A stretch of DNA of 64,000 nt. It comes from Lytechinus pictus (taxonomy: Eukaryota). Positions 1 through 13,999 of this stretch are shown in pieces; within the stretch, counting starts at the first letter, position 1; every line of letters begins with the position of its first letter. The notes beneath the pieces were generated by a model. It was given only the letters and a program-made list of their open reading frames with translations. It did not search any database and was not told where the DNA came from. Position numbers and translations under genes: made by a program. The stretch is from contig NC_087252.1 in the NCBI RefSeq assembly GCF_037042905.1, positions 25,918,001 to 25,982,000 of the forward strand, in the 5' to 3' direction.

Positions 1-1338
1 ATAAAAAATCAGTTTCAGTTACCAAAATGAAACAATACTTGCCTATGATATTTGAAAATCGTATTTTTTTTTTCAATAAATGTTCATTGAACCTTGAAAC
101 GATGAATATTGTTGAAGATACTCTTCCCAAAAATAACTGTCATCAAATTCTATCATTTTTATTGATGAAAATGTGTATAAAAAAAATCCAATTATAGCAA
201 ATTTGAACTTGTGTTTATTCAACCGTGAAATTTAGCTCAAAAATGTATCGTCTTTTTAGAAAGTACCTTTTACAAGCCTTCTGGCTATTTTTCATGATGA
301 GAATGTGGAATCAGTTCCAATAAAATGGAATCAAAGTCATGATTTTTGGCTTGTGACTTTTGAAAAGTGACATTTTTGCCTTCTGACGGTGCTCACTGAA
401 GCATGACGTAAAATACGTCCATAACATTTACTCAGAGGGTAGCTTATAAAATCACCTACACTCTCATGTAAAAATATATCAAAACTTGCATTGGTTCGGA
501 AATTATTGATGTTTGTTCAAGGGGGGACTTTTTTTGTGTATACATATCAGCTAGGGTTGGTTGCTTGTATTTTGATTGGTGAATTATGTATACCTCTATT
601 TTAATTTTTTTAACAAACCACTTAAAATCCATTTTTAATGAGAGTTTTCTAAGAATTCTTCATGCAATTTGTGCTCACATTATTGTAGAAAATATATTAA
701 CCCTTGCGTCCTGTTCATAATTAAAAAGGGCTTAAAATGTCCAGTTTTCAGGCCTTGATATTGACAAATTTCGCACTCCTGTTAGGCTTATTAGATTGAA
801 AAATAATCTAATAACATTTTCATGATTCTTAATAACTAAATCGTCATATTTTCAGAATGGAATAATGACAAGTTCCATCTTGCACTCAGAAGGAGGAACA
901 GGAAGATAGTAATAATTTTCATAAATGATTACAATGTGTCCTTAGAATGTCTTGGTCGTAGATCATGATGATTATAAAATCATATCGCTCGGGATTCGCG
1001 ATCGCATCGTTTATTAAGTGCGTTCCCTATCTATAATTTTCATACACAGTGCTTGAAATAGTGCCTAAATTGACCTTTTTTGAGATCTGGAATATCTAAA
1101 TTATTTCCAGCTCCTGCTCCGCGCTCACATCATTAACTTTTATGAAGAAAAAAAAACATGTATTTAGGTCCCCCAATTTCTAGGTCTAAATCTATTTAAA
1201 TGCAGCCTGTTATTTGTTTAAAACGTACTTAATTAAAAAAGTTTCAGATCAAAATATCATCAAAAATTTTCTGCTCGTGCTTCGCGCTGGCATTATCAAT
1301 GTAGCAAGAGACCCAATTACCCACCTTTTTCATGATAT

Positions 1339-2169
1339 GAAGAGCTCACTTGCAAAAGGGGTTAGGTCCATTTTTCATCAAATTTGATTTTTATGTGTCA
1401 ATGTATAGATTTTTAGTATCTCTATAAGATGATACCAGAGAAAAGTTGGAATTCCTATTAAAAAGTGAACTAAAATGGCAAAGAAAAATAGCTTTTTCCA
1501 AAGGGGTTAGGCCCATTTCAGTTTAGTTGCAAAAGGGGTTAGGTCCACACGGATTTTTTCGAAAATAATATCTTAAAAAATATGAAGACAGGTACATTTC
1601 TTTTATACCCAATTTAATGTTCTCATGGTAGGGAATCATAAAAAAATCATTTTCGCATAAGAATATTGCAATATGGGAGAATTAAAAAAAAATCGATTTT
1701 CTTGGTGTGGACCTATCCCCTTTTGCAACAAAACTCTTCTAAATAACTCATTTGTCAAAAGGCATGAAAGGAGTTAGGTCCATTTTGCACAAATTTTATT
1801 GCTTTCCGTCTCTAAACCTCTAAATTTTTATTTACTCTGATGATACCAACGAAAATTAGAAATTTGAATGAAAACGTGAATGAAAGTGGCAAAGAAAAAT
1901 CACTTCTTTTAATCAAGAGATATTCGATTCATTTCAGTTTGCTTGCAAAAGGTGTTAGGTCCAGAATGATATTTCTTTGTTAATGTATAGAAAAAAAAAT
2001 TGAAGACAGGTAAATTTCTTTTATACCCAATTTTATGTTCACATGATAGGGTAGTACATCATGACAATTTACTTTCTCATAAGAATATTGCAATAAGTGA
2101 GAATAAAAAAACATGGTTTTTCTCGGAATGGTCTAAAGTAGACCTAACCCCTTTTGAACAAGAATCCTT
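1339..2169. mobile_element. Two tandem, diverged copies of a ~400-bp TIR MITE (1339-1739; ~1745-2169)
   Basis: gaagagctcacttgcaaaaggggttaggtcca (1339) is an inverted match to tggacctatccccttttgcaacaaaactcttc (ends 1739). The internal sequence recurs in degraded form at ~1745-2169, ending gacctaaccccttttg. Confidence 0.6.
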
Positions 2170-2651
2170 AGAAAAATGGTATCAGTTATGTTTTCAGTCT
2201 TTGTGAAATAAGATTAGTAGCATATTACATACATAAAGTGTGCCAAAGGTTGCCAAGGTGGCCACCAAGCTGAATTTACTTAAAAATCCATCTAGAACAC
2301 AAATCAACCAAAACACCCTGTACTTTCCATGTATGGAAGGTTGTACTGGATTGAAAGCAAATGCGTGGATACAGTACATAAAAATGGAGGGAAATTTTCA
2401 AATATGAGAAATTATACAAGTACAACAGCTTTGGCAACTTTTTAATCAAAATATGTGAGGACATTTGTATAACATTTGTATTTATAGTATAATATTGGGA
2501 CAATTAATATTTCATTATTATAGCACATTTTCCAAACATTTTTATGGAAAATCCTTTTATTTCATTTGCATTATGTTTAAGTTTTTTGTCCCATCAATGG
2601 CGAAAAATAAAACGAATGCAAAAGGATTGTGGGAATAAAACAGACTATTAC

Positions 2652-3041
2652 CTATTTTCACGGCTGGGATTTGTTTCTTTATCGTCTCAGTAGTTGGTGA
2701 GGGGATTGGTTCCAATAAGATTGTTGCAGCTTTCTGCTCTGTTAAAGAGCCAGGAATGTCTGACGCAACACAGGTATATGGAGTTTCACTTACTCGGGCC
2801 TCTATTGAAATTGACCTATTTTTCGTCAAATCAGCATTAGTCTGTTGCACCGGGTTTATAGTAGTCATCTTCTTAGAACCATGCAGGAAGAAAAGTTCTA
2901 TCTGGGGGTAGTAATTCGTCACTGAGCAAGTTAAGGTAATGGTGCTATCGTTGGTCGGAATACGGCAGAGCTCATAATTGCTGCCAGATGAATCCAAATT
3001 GATACATCCATCGATGATCGGATAAGGTTCTTTTGGGGGAG
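2652..3041 (-). CDS. Ig-receptor copy A, exon 3: C-type Ig domain plus Pro/Thr stalk
   Basis: ttttag acceptor, gtaata donor, 390 bp, phase 1-1. APPKEPYPIIDGC...TLTCSVTNYYPQIELFF...YTCVASD; paralogous to 46055-46480. Confidence 0.85.
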
Positions 3042-3495
3042 CTAAAAGGTAAAAAAATTATGTGAGCTATAAAGATTGATATCACGTTTGTACAATTTTA
3101 ACATTTTCAGGAAAAATGTATCATCTTGTAAATTTAGTTTTAGTTTTATTGTCTAACATACATATTACAACAAGACATACATATGTCGGCCTATAAAAAT
3201 ATTTTATAAAATTGTTTAGAAACACTATTGTTTATTCAAAATACACATCTATAAACCAATCAAACACCAAAAACAATGTCAGAGATATATACGTTTATTC
3301 CAAAAAAGTGTCATACATAGTTACACAGAATGGTTACAGAATTTTCATTTATTTGAATAAAGCATAAAAGAGCATGTAATGTTCCTTAGTCTTGATGCCA
3401 CATCTTGAGTTCCCAAAGATATATTTATCTGGTAAAATGTTTACCATCCATGATATCTTTCTAATGAAAGGACAGCTATGGTGAAGACATCTTAC

Positions 3496-3843
3496 CATAT
3501 ACACTGACGTCTGTAAAGTTGTTTATGATGTTCCCTTTGTAGTTCGAAACTCTACAGATGTATCGACCTAGTTCCGAAATACTGACTTCCTTGATGACCA
3601 GAGAATAGTTTTCATTCATTTCCATGATGTCGCACACACTTTGCAGTTGACATTTACCAGTGTCATCATCAGTTGTGATCCATGATACAAGGTTTGGTGA
3701 TCGTCTTGGGTCTTCACCTTTCTTCCAATAAACAGCCAATGGTGAACCTCTAAACCGGCATGGAAGGACTGCTCTGTCTCCTATTCTTACATCTTTGTGT
3801 AACTCGGTGTAGACAACATCATCGGGAACATCACCGCAAATCC
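3496..3843 (-). CDS. Ig-receptor copy A, exon 2: V-set Ig domain
   Basis: catttag acceptor, gtaaga donor, 348 bp, phase 1-1. LPCRF...VYWKK...YSLVIKEV...GRYICRV carries the B-strand Cys, C-strand Trp and F-strand GxYxC. Confidence 0.9.
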
Positions 3844-4206
3844 CTAAATGACGCAGAAAAGTTTATTCACAATTTTATAGACCTGTAAATATTCTAATAT
3901 TTTATCGTGTTCTCAGATTTCATTCTATAAAAAAAACATACATTAAGGTTTTATAAATCTATAAATATGTTTAAAAATACAAAGTTATAATAAAAATATA
4001 GGGAATGTACTTCAGTTCAGAACCTCATGACAAATCAGTGACATTTGATTGCCCTTATGTAAAAGTTTCATGAAATTGGTCCTCATATTTTTAAGTTATT
4101 ACATTTTAAAAACTTGACCTTGGTATTGGTAAGACAACGCTGCGGCCGTCCGACAAGCGGCACCTCTGTCTCGCTTTTGCTATGAGACAAACAACAGTTT
4201 CCTTAC

Positions 4207-4237
4207 CCATACAGAAGAAAGTAATGAGTATAATCAT
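4207..4237 (-). CDS. Ig-receptor copy A, first coding exon (signal peptide MIILITFFCM-G)
   Basis: ATG with an in-frame stop upstream, hydrophobic 10 codons + 1 nt, gtaagg donor. Same length and position as in copy B (48261-48291). Confidence 0.7.
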
Positions 4238-4963
4238 TACTAAATGTTATAAATGACCTTTTTTAATATAAGCATGATCAAATACTAATAAAGGGCATTT
4301 TTATCATAGCTTGTCCAAAACCTAAGTTTACTACAAACCTGGAAAGATCATGAAGGAGCAGATGTTCACAACATTTAATATCCAGAGAACCATTTGTTTT
4401 CTTTTTAGAACCGCCATCTCCAGCTAAGCTGCATCATGGGTCATACATGTAAAACATATCTATGAAGCTGTATTTTACTTGTATCAGTGCACGAACACAC
4501 AAATATCAACGTTTTATGAGATTTATGATTTACAACATTATGTACAGTTTATCTAAATCATAAATCTATAAAAACTGCAAATTCAAATAAACTTTGATAA
4601 AGTCAATGATTGCTTGTTTGTCTGTTGCCATAAAAACTTTACAACTGTACATAAGTAAAGGGCTGATCATGTATTTGAGGCCAATAGCCGAGGACTGTAT
4701 CCAAACATTTATTGTGAAGTATTATCAGAAAGTTCACTTATTTGTCTCGTTCTCAGTCGTTCTAGAATTTTCCATTTATATAGGACAGGGGGATACGCCT
4801 CATACCAAAAGGTATCCACTCGTTCTCCGGGCCTATCATTTTTTTTTTTTAAACATGGATACTTATCAAGATAAAAACAAACACACACTTCAGGGCAATA
4901 AAAAAAATGTAAAAATCCATGATCCTCAGGTGTATTGATTCTCATTGTTCCTTTTCAACAATG

Positions 4964-5079
4964 ATATACACAGGGACCTATCCACGGAGGATTAGTCTAT
5001 TCTTACTGGGTGTGCTGAGCATTGTCACAGCTCCCCAGTAACAATAGATAATCCTCCGTGGATAGGTCCATGGATATAC
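4964..5079. mobile_element. Short hairpin MITE-like inverted repeat
   Basis: ggacctatccacgg(g)aggatta ... taatcctccgtggataggtcc arms around a ~45-bp spacer. Confidence 0.5.
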
Positions 5080-8000
5080 ATGATGTCAATATCAATATCG
5101 CCAGTAAATATATTATAAACTTAATTTGCAACCATCTTTTATTAATACATTAAACGATATAGAAATACAGAAATGAGAAAGAAATATGAAAAGATAGCAA
5201 AAAATTAGATAGGGGAGGGTGGCATCTGATGATCTAAAGTGACAGTAGAAGTATAAATTAGTTTTACTTGTAGTAGAGAAGAAAATTAGTGATTGAACAG
5301 TATTGAGTATTAGGTGTGTTTGTGTGTGTATGTGAGGGTGGGAGAGGGTGTGTATATGTGTGTGCGAGAGAGAGAGAGAAGACAGATGGAGGGGTCTATC
5401 TATGAGATGTATGATGAATGATGACGAGTTTCTCAGAATGTGCACAATCAAAATTTATCCAAAAACTGTTTGTTTATTGCGATATGTTATTGATACTTGA
5501 ACCTGATCATAACCCGCATTTAGGCGGCGTTATTATCATTAGACTTGTTTATGATCAACCTTCTTTAATATACATTATGACGCCTACCAGCTAGGGTCCT
5601 ACATGGGCACCAATTCATGAAGCTTGTCAGCAACTGCAATATTTTATTGATATTTTATCACCTGATCATAACCCACATTTAGGGGTGCTAGTATCATAAA
5701 TATTTTTTTATATTTTGTTTATTTTTTATTAGTATCATAAGTCTCTTTAATGAGTAGCCTTGTTTAACATACTTCATGAGGTCAACCTGCTAGGGTCATG
5801 TGCACCGTTTCATGAGGAATGTCAGCAATTACAAGTTCTCATTCACCGACAAGTTATCATATAGTTATCATAAAATCAGAGACCAGTGCTTTTAATTAGG
5901 CAATGATATCACCGAAACACCAACAGTAATGAATATACTCTAGAAGCTTGTGCTACTAACTTGCAAATGACACCCTTCCCCCATCCTGATCTAGTACAAC
6001 TTTCGTTATATTTTTACTCTTCTGCCTCTTATTATACTGCTAATATCCTGAACTTATCATTTCCTTTCCTTCCTGAGACATTTTACTCAAATCTTTGTAG
6101 ATTGAAAATACAATTCAACTGTACATGTATAATGGTTCAAACAGTTCATTTATGTGCATCTGAATAATTACTACCTGTTGGAAAAGACAACACATACATG
6201 TAAAAATGTTTTGGTGGTATTTATTCATCAACGCCCATTGAATCTTTAAGGATGAATATAATTTTTTTAGAAATAAATAGATATGTACATCTTAAGAATA
6301 CTTATCAGAAGTAAAGGAGTAATAATAGTGACTAAGAAGTTGATTGAATCAATGGTTAACTAATATTTCCTTTTGTAGAAATAATCTTTCCAAATTGAAC
6401 TCATTTTTAATTACCAAGGCTTAGTTCACATCAACGTAATGGAAGAGAACAAAAAATACTGCGAATGAAATGTGGTAAAATCAAGGCTTATTGTGAATGT
6501 TGGTGCTGTATTTATTTCGAACAGCCTTTGTTCAATATACTGACCCAAATTAATTGTAATTTACAATTACCTTTTTCTAGCCTTGTCCCTCTTGCTTGAA
6601 TAACTTTTACTTAGTAGACTTGTTAACTGCAAAAAAGGGGTGAACGCTGCATTCTTTAGTACAAATGTGCCTCTTGGCATGCATATTCCTTGAACCCATT
6701 GGAAAAAATTTTATCCAAAGAGACACTCTGTATTTAGGCAAATTAACCCTAATTTGCATAAATTATATAATTTAGCCTCTAAAATGACTAATTTACTAAA
6801 AAACACTTGTATAAATGTAAAGCTACTTCATAGAAATGTCAAATTTGATGTAAAGCCTGTGTGGAGGTAGCAAAAGAAAACTATTGAAAAAAAAAATGCG
6901 GTAACCATACATTTCATTACCTAATTTGCATAAATTATACACATTTTCAATAAAAAGTGCCTCTTTTTCAAATGATTCTGGATAATCTAATTTGAATAAA
7001 AGAATCAATAAATGTGGTATGTAAATAATAAATGGTAGAAATAAATGTGTCTTAGTTTCTGGGAAAGACATTGGACAAATGAACTTTTTTTGAAATATGC
7101 AAATAATCCCTAATTACCATAATTTATGCATAAAACTGCTAAATGCTCTGAACATTAGAAAAACCGCATTAATCGTAAAACATGTCTTACTCGGGACAAT
7201 CTTATGATGATGAAAGGAAAAGAAACTATACATCAGAAAACTTTATCTTTGTAATATTCAATATTTGCGTTAAATTAATTTGTTGGTGATATTCAGTGCC
7301 TAATTTGCATAAATTATTAAAATTAGTACTGTATTAAGCTTTTATGTGACTTTGAATGATTTAAACTTAATAAATAATGATATATGTGTTAAAAAGGTTT
7401 GTTAGGAAGTATCCGGGCACAAAGAATTCACTACATCTATGCAAATGACCACTTATTATCATAAATACATATTAATGAGTCTACTGTATACTAATTCCAT
7501 GAATAGTGTAAAAAACTTCAATTACCAAGATTAGGCATTTTACTCAAATGGCAGTACTAACGTTGTATGGATGGAGGGGAAAAACATTTATCCATCAATA
7601 TTGTCGTCTAATTTGCATAAATTATGTATGAATTATGCTTAAATTATCATACATTATGCAAATTCGAACATAAAATGGCTAATTTTCGAAGTTTATATCT
7701 TATTCCCAATTAACATTGTGGCACAATGAAAACTAACTTCCATCATGACATGAAAGAGAAAGGTAAATACAGTAACAGTTTGTTGGGTGTATAACTACAC
7801 AACTTTTCATATTATGCTAATCACAGTTGGTATAATTTTATAGGTCCAGACAGTATTGTTTCATTGCTTGTATAAACTAAATTGATTCTCTTCTAACATA
7901 TACATATGAGTTATATTTACAAAAGTTGGTCCCACAGTTAAAGAAACTTTGAGAGTTTTTAGAGTTCACATGTTTTGGAACGATCTTCCCCATGATATGG

Positions 8001-9439
8001 TACAAAGTGCCTCACTTAATATATTCAAACGTAAATTGAAAGCGATGCTTATCAATTCTTATAATTTCCCTTTGCAAACTTTTATATCATGTACTTTATT
8101 AATACACTGTGGCTGAGTAATGAGTAATAAATAATAGTCATAGAGTGGCGGGCTCTTTTTTATTTATTTATTTTATTATTATTATTTTTTTGTATTCCTT
8201 ACACAATCGTCACATTTTGGCATTATTTTTTTTATAATCAATTTACTTACCTGTCCTCTCCTCATTAAGACCGATTTTTTTTTTCTGGATCCTGCAGACT
8301 TAACAAGCCCTGCTTTTTTATGCAGGTTCCCTCATATTTCACTCTTTTAAATTGTCTTTAATTCCAAATCGATATTGTCTTTAATTTAAATTAATTGTTA
8401 TGCCTTGTCTGATTTGTATTCTCCTACGTTTTTTTTTTGTACTTGTGAAATATGTAAAATAAAGTCAAATCAAATCAAAACTGTTAGAGCTTCCTAAACG
8501 CTACCGCAGTTAGCAAAACAAGTTTTTACATGTATAATTAGGAAACCTCCTCTGCTCTTGGTAAAATTAGAGAAAGACTGAAAATGTGCATCATTGCAGT
8601 TTTAGTATTTAATTTTTGTTCTGGTTTCTGTGAATGCGTATGTCAAATGAATTACTTGCGTACAATGTCATTTAGGGAACTCTGCGCTTCAAACATTTTC
8701 TTGCTTGTGCTTAGTTCCTACATTGTAGTATGTAACATTATATTCTGTCAATTCATTTCTTGTTATGCATGGAGAAAAATAAAACATTGCTTTGCATTTT
8801 ACATGCAATGACGTTCTGTTATCCAAAGCCTAACCCCATTGGGAGCCTCTCGAAGGTACTCCCAACCCCTTTCTCAATATCAAGATTAGATAACTTTTAT
8901 TCGAAATTATCGCTATCATTTCCACTAATCTTTTGAAAAAAAAGAGAGAGGACACATTGTTCTAAAGGTTGCATTAAAAGACGTCCTGGTACATTGAAGC
9001 CTGTACCCGTGTTGCTTGTCAAAGTAGCCCCATCACTTTCCTTCGGCTATATAGGTATGTTTATAGTATCCTTTAAATAACGCCCCTTCTGTAAGAGGGG
9101 CGCTTTTGCTGAATATTAAATACGTTTATATTTTCATTAACGTCCTAAGATAAAGGAGGCATAAAGATTAAATGAAGAGAAATCATGACAAATTACAGCC
9201 TATCCCCATCGGAACATATATATATAAGAAGTTACACGACTAATTATCTTATAAATTACATTTCTGCAAATTCTGCTATACTGTAAGACCACTTCGATAA
9301 TTATTGTTCTCTTGGATAAGAAATAGAAGACCATACTCTACTGGTTACATTATCATTTGGAACATCAAAGCCTTTCCAAATGGGAGCCCCCATGGCATTT
9401 CTAGTACACGAGCACACATCAAAATATATAATTGTTCGT

Positions 9440-9908
9440 AAACCATTATTTATAAATAATGAAAAACAAATAATCATTATTTATAAATAATGAAAAACAA
9501 ATAATCATTATTTATGAATAATGAAAAACAAATTATCATTATTCAAAAATAATGAAAAACAAATTATCATTATTCATAAATAATGAAAAAAAAAATCATT
9601 ATTTACAAATAATTAAAAAGAAATAATCATTATTTATAAATAATGAAAAACAAACAATCAGTATTTATAAATAATGAAAAACAAATAATCATTATTTATA
9701 AATAATAGAATGTCGAACTATTATTATTCACAAATAATGAAGTATTACTTGGAATTATATATAAATAATTAGAAATGTTATTTTATATAATAGTTATTAT
9801 TTACAAATATAATGTAAATTATATATAAATAATAGTTATTATTTAATGAATAATGATTATGTAACAAATAATTGTTCTATATAATATTGGTACAATCGGC
9901 GCCTCATA
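9440..9908. repeat. 31-bp AT-rich tandem array with unique terminus (transposon arm), copy 1
   Basis: Unit aaataatcattatttataaataatgaaaaac, then ~200 bp ending ggtacaatcggcgcctcata. Near-identical to the end of 18785-19779. Confidence 0.8.
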
Positions 9909-10369
9909 TGTAACGTGGGATCTTACTCAGCTCGACTCACGTTAATAGCTTGCTCCATGCTACCGATGCACGTCGTGTCCGACCGCGGCCGGGTCGCGCG
10001 TTTCCGTTTTACACCCTGGCGAAGGCATTTTCCGCAAAAAAAGCCACAAAGCGACTAGTGAAGAGTCTACACACGTCGCTGGTTGCAGTGTGCGATACAG
10101 GCGAGCCCCACACCACCGCATGCAATCTGCACAGTTACTGATCAGAGCATAGAGTTCCTAGGCACTTCATGGACAGAGAGCAGTCATATGAGTGAAATCA
10201 GAACATTCTTTTGCAGTTACGTTTTTTTTTATGAAAAGTTATGAAAAAGTTTTTTTTCTAAATATAAATTATTAACTAAATGAATAGAATGACAGACAAA
10301 ATAAAAATAAACAGATACATATAATAGACAGAAAATTGAAGTTTGATGGATTGATACACTTAGATGCCG

Positions 10370-10406
10370 AAAGATAGATATAGAAGACTGATAAATAGAT
10401 AGAGAC

Positions 10407-10470
<64 letters not shown>

Positions 10471-10653
10471 CTAGATAAAAATCATAAATAGATAGATAGA
10501 AGTAGAGAGAGAGAGAAAGAGAAAGACAGAGAGATGGATAGATAGATAGATGGGGGGGAGAGAACTTGAGAGATGGAGAGATGTTATAGATAGATATATG
10601 GACGGATAAAGAGAAATAGAGAGAGAAAAAAAAAGACAGACAGATGGATAGAT

Positions 10654-10684
<31 letters not shown>

Positions 10685-10964
10685 TAGAGAATCTGAGAGA
10701 TAGATAGATGTTAGATAGATATATAAAGAATTAGAGAGACAGAGAAGATAGACAAATTAACAGATAAATAGAAACTGTAGTTACATAGATAGCTATAGAT
10801 AGATAGAAGATAAATAGAGAGAAATAGAGAAAGACAGACAGATGGATAGATAGATAGAGGGGGGAGAGAGAGATAGAGAATTTGAGAGATATGAGAGAGA
10901 CAGAGAAGATAGATAAATTAACAGATAGATAGATACTGTAGTTACATAGATAGATAAATAGATA

Positions 10965-10995
<31 letters not shown>

Positions 10996-10996
10996 T

Positions 10997-11050
<54 letters not shown>

Positions 11051-11318
11051 GGGGGAGAGAACTTGAGAGATGGAGAGTTGTTATACATAGATATATATAT
11101 ATATATGGACGGAAAAAGAGAAATAGAGAAAGAGAGAAAAAAAAGACAGACAGATGGATAGATAGATAGAGGGAGAGAGAGATAGAGATAGATAGATAGA
11201 TATATATATATGGACGGAAAAAGAGAAATAGAGAAAGAGAGAAAAAAAAGACAGACAGATGGATAGATAGATAGAGGGAGAGAGAGATAGAGAATTTGAA
11301 AGATAGATAGATAGATAG

Positions 11319-11353
<35 letters not shown>

Positions 11354-11739
11354 GAAGATAGATAGATAGAGAAAGACAGACAGATGGATAGATAGATATA
11401 GAGAGAGGGAGAGAGAGAGAGATATAGAGAATTTGAGAGATACGGTAGATGTTAGATGGATAAATAGATAAAGAATGAGAGAGACAGAGAAGATATACAA
11501 ATTAACAGATAGATAGATACTGCAGTTACATAGATAGATAGAGATAGAATTTGAGAGATAGATAAATAGATAGATAGAAGATAGAGAGAGAGAGAAAGAC
11601 AGAAAGAAGGATAGATAGATAGAGAGAGGGGGAGAGAGAGATAGAGAATTTGAGAGATAGATAGATGTTAGATAGATAAAGAATGAGAGAGACAGAGAAG
11701 AGCGACAAATTAACAGATCGATAGATACTGCAGTTACAT

Positions 11740-11794
<55 letters not shown>

Positions 11795-11795
11795 T

Positions 11796-11840
<45 letters not shown>

Positions 11841-11909
11841 AGATAGATAGATAGATTGATAGAGAGAGAGAGAACTACAGAAAGACAGATGGATAGATAG
11901 AAAGAATTT

Positions 11910-11941
<32 letters not shown>
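10370..11941. repeat. Compound (TAGA)n/(GA)n/(TA)n microsatellite with higher-order repeats
   Basis: Long gata runs with recurring spacers (gagaatttgagagat, aaattaacagatag). A further degenerate patch lies at ~12430-12660. Confidence 0.95.
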
Positions 11942-11949
<8 letters not shown>

Positions 11950-13999
11950 TATTGCAATAAAAACTATCAAAATACAATCACAAGCAGTCAAAGACTGAAA
12001 TAAGTGAATGTTTACATACAAATAGAATCATAACAAAATATAAAGTAAACATTATAAATAAATATCAAATACAATACAAATTCATACAGATAAAAAAGAA
12101 ATGTATCATAAATAAATACAAAAGGCCAAAAGTAAAGTGTCACCAAAGAAGAAAAAAGCGGAATGAAAGATTAAGAAGAAAGAGGTGAGAGAAGGGAAAG
12201 AAATTGGGATAAGACAAAGAGAAGGGAAAGCAAGAGGTGGAATTTGAAAGAGAATAGGAGGCAACCTTCAGAAGAAAAAAAACACATTATGCAATACAAG
12301 ACATTTAACAATGGTAACAAGTAAATAAAGTAGTAGTTGAATCGAAACGAGCACAAAAAAGGGAAAAGTAGAGCTGAGGAAATAGACTCCCGAAGGAAGT
12401 CGAAGCAGTGTTGATATTGCCCATGAGTAGATTAACAGATGGATAGAGAGAAATAAAAGAGAGACAGATGGATAGATAGAGAATTTGAGAGATAGATGTT
12501 AGATGGATAGACAGATAGATAGGTAGATAGAGAATGAGAGAGACAGAGTAGATAGCGGGGTAGATAGACAAATTAACAGATAGATATATCATGTAGTACC
12601 ATAGATTGATTTATAACATAGATAGTGGATAGACAGATATGGTAGATATAAGGATAGATATAATATGAAAACAAGTAATTATGTGTTTTATTTTTCAATA
12701 TTTTAGCTATTATTCGTTTTCATTCACATAAACAATCATGTGCGATAAAGTAAAAAAAATCATGAAGCCAACGTATATAGTTCAGCGGAACAACCAAAAT
12801 ACAGAGACTGAAGCTTTTGGTCTATAAGCTCAGCTGCATCACGTATGTTCTGCGGATATCTTCGGTGCGGACTTTTGGATCGCGCGCCCAGCTGATTATG
12901 TAAACAAACGTAGACGTAGACTCTTCACTAGTCGCTTTGTGGCTATTTTTCCGGAAAATGCCTTCGCCAGGGTGTAAAACGGAAACGCGCGGCCGGGTCC
13001 GGCCGCCTTGGGGCCATTGCATGCAGGCAAGTCCGCATATGGGAATGATACGATGTAATATCGATGTGGCAGATATGGCAAGTTCCGACTCGGAGTCCTC
13101 GTATAAGACACAGTAGAAGTCCGGATCTATTTATTTATTTATTTATTTATTTTGTTTTATTTATTTTATACTGCAGGGTAGGCCTGTTCAGTTCTTAAAA
13201 CTGCTTTACAAAGGCGCCCTGCAGTTTAAAATACATGTCAAGATAACTATGAACAACAACAACAAACAACATCAAAAATACAAAATACAAAATATCTAAC
13301 ATCAGAAACAATTAACACCAAAATATTCTATTCTAAGTTAGTTGAGCCACATGGCTGATTTGCTTGTTTGTTATGTTAAAACAGTAGTCGAGTACATCTT
13401 ATTTAAGGCACTTGCCGGCTTAAAACGAAACTCGAATTTCAATTTCATTTTATTTTCCCAGCGTGTTTGTCCCATTGAAGACACCGTTAGAAAAAAAATC
13501 GCACCGAAATGAAAAAAAATCGCCAAAAATCAATAACGCGTGTGATTACCAACGCGACGCGAGTGATTACGAACGCGAGTGAATATAATAAGCCGTGTAG
13601 AATCAATTTCTGTTATCTATTTTGCAATATAAGGTAATCTTTAGATTAAATCCAAGATGGCCGCCAGGTGGACGCCATTTTGAGAAATTAACATTTGAAT
13701 CCTTTGCCCCAGAATGATGAGTAATACCTCGTTTTAGAGGTGTTGGGGTGTGTAGAATAAATTTATGTTATAACTTTTACAATTTTTGTAGGATTATATA
13801 AAGCATGTTCAGGTCTAATTCAAGATGGCCGCCAGATGTCATCTTGAAAACTTGAGCTTATGACCACTTATCCCTGACTGTAAATATGTAATTGCTCACT
13901 TTGAAAAGTTTTAGTGGTGTGCTGAATTTTTCTCGAATAAGTGCGAACAAGCTCGAGAAGTTTTCTCGATTTTCACTCGTCATCAAGGTATACATCATC

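Noticed and set aside
9950..10141. Similar peptides here and at 12896-13111 (GRAFPFYTLAKAFS)
   Set aside because: The similarity comes from the DNA inverted repeat, not from a conserved protein.
11081..11977. 298-aa YLSI-repeat ORF
   Set aside because: It is a translation of the (TCTA)n microsatellite.
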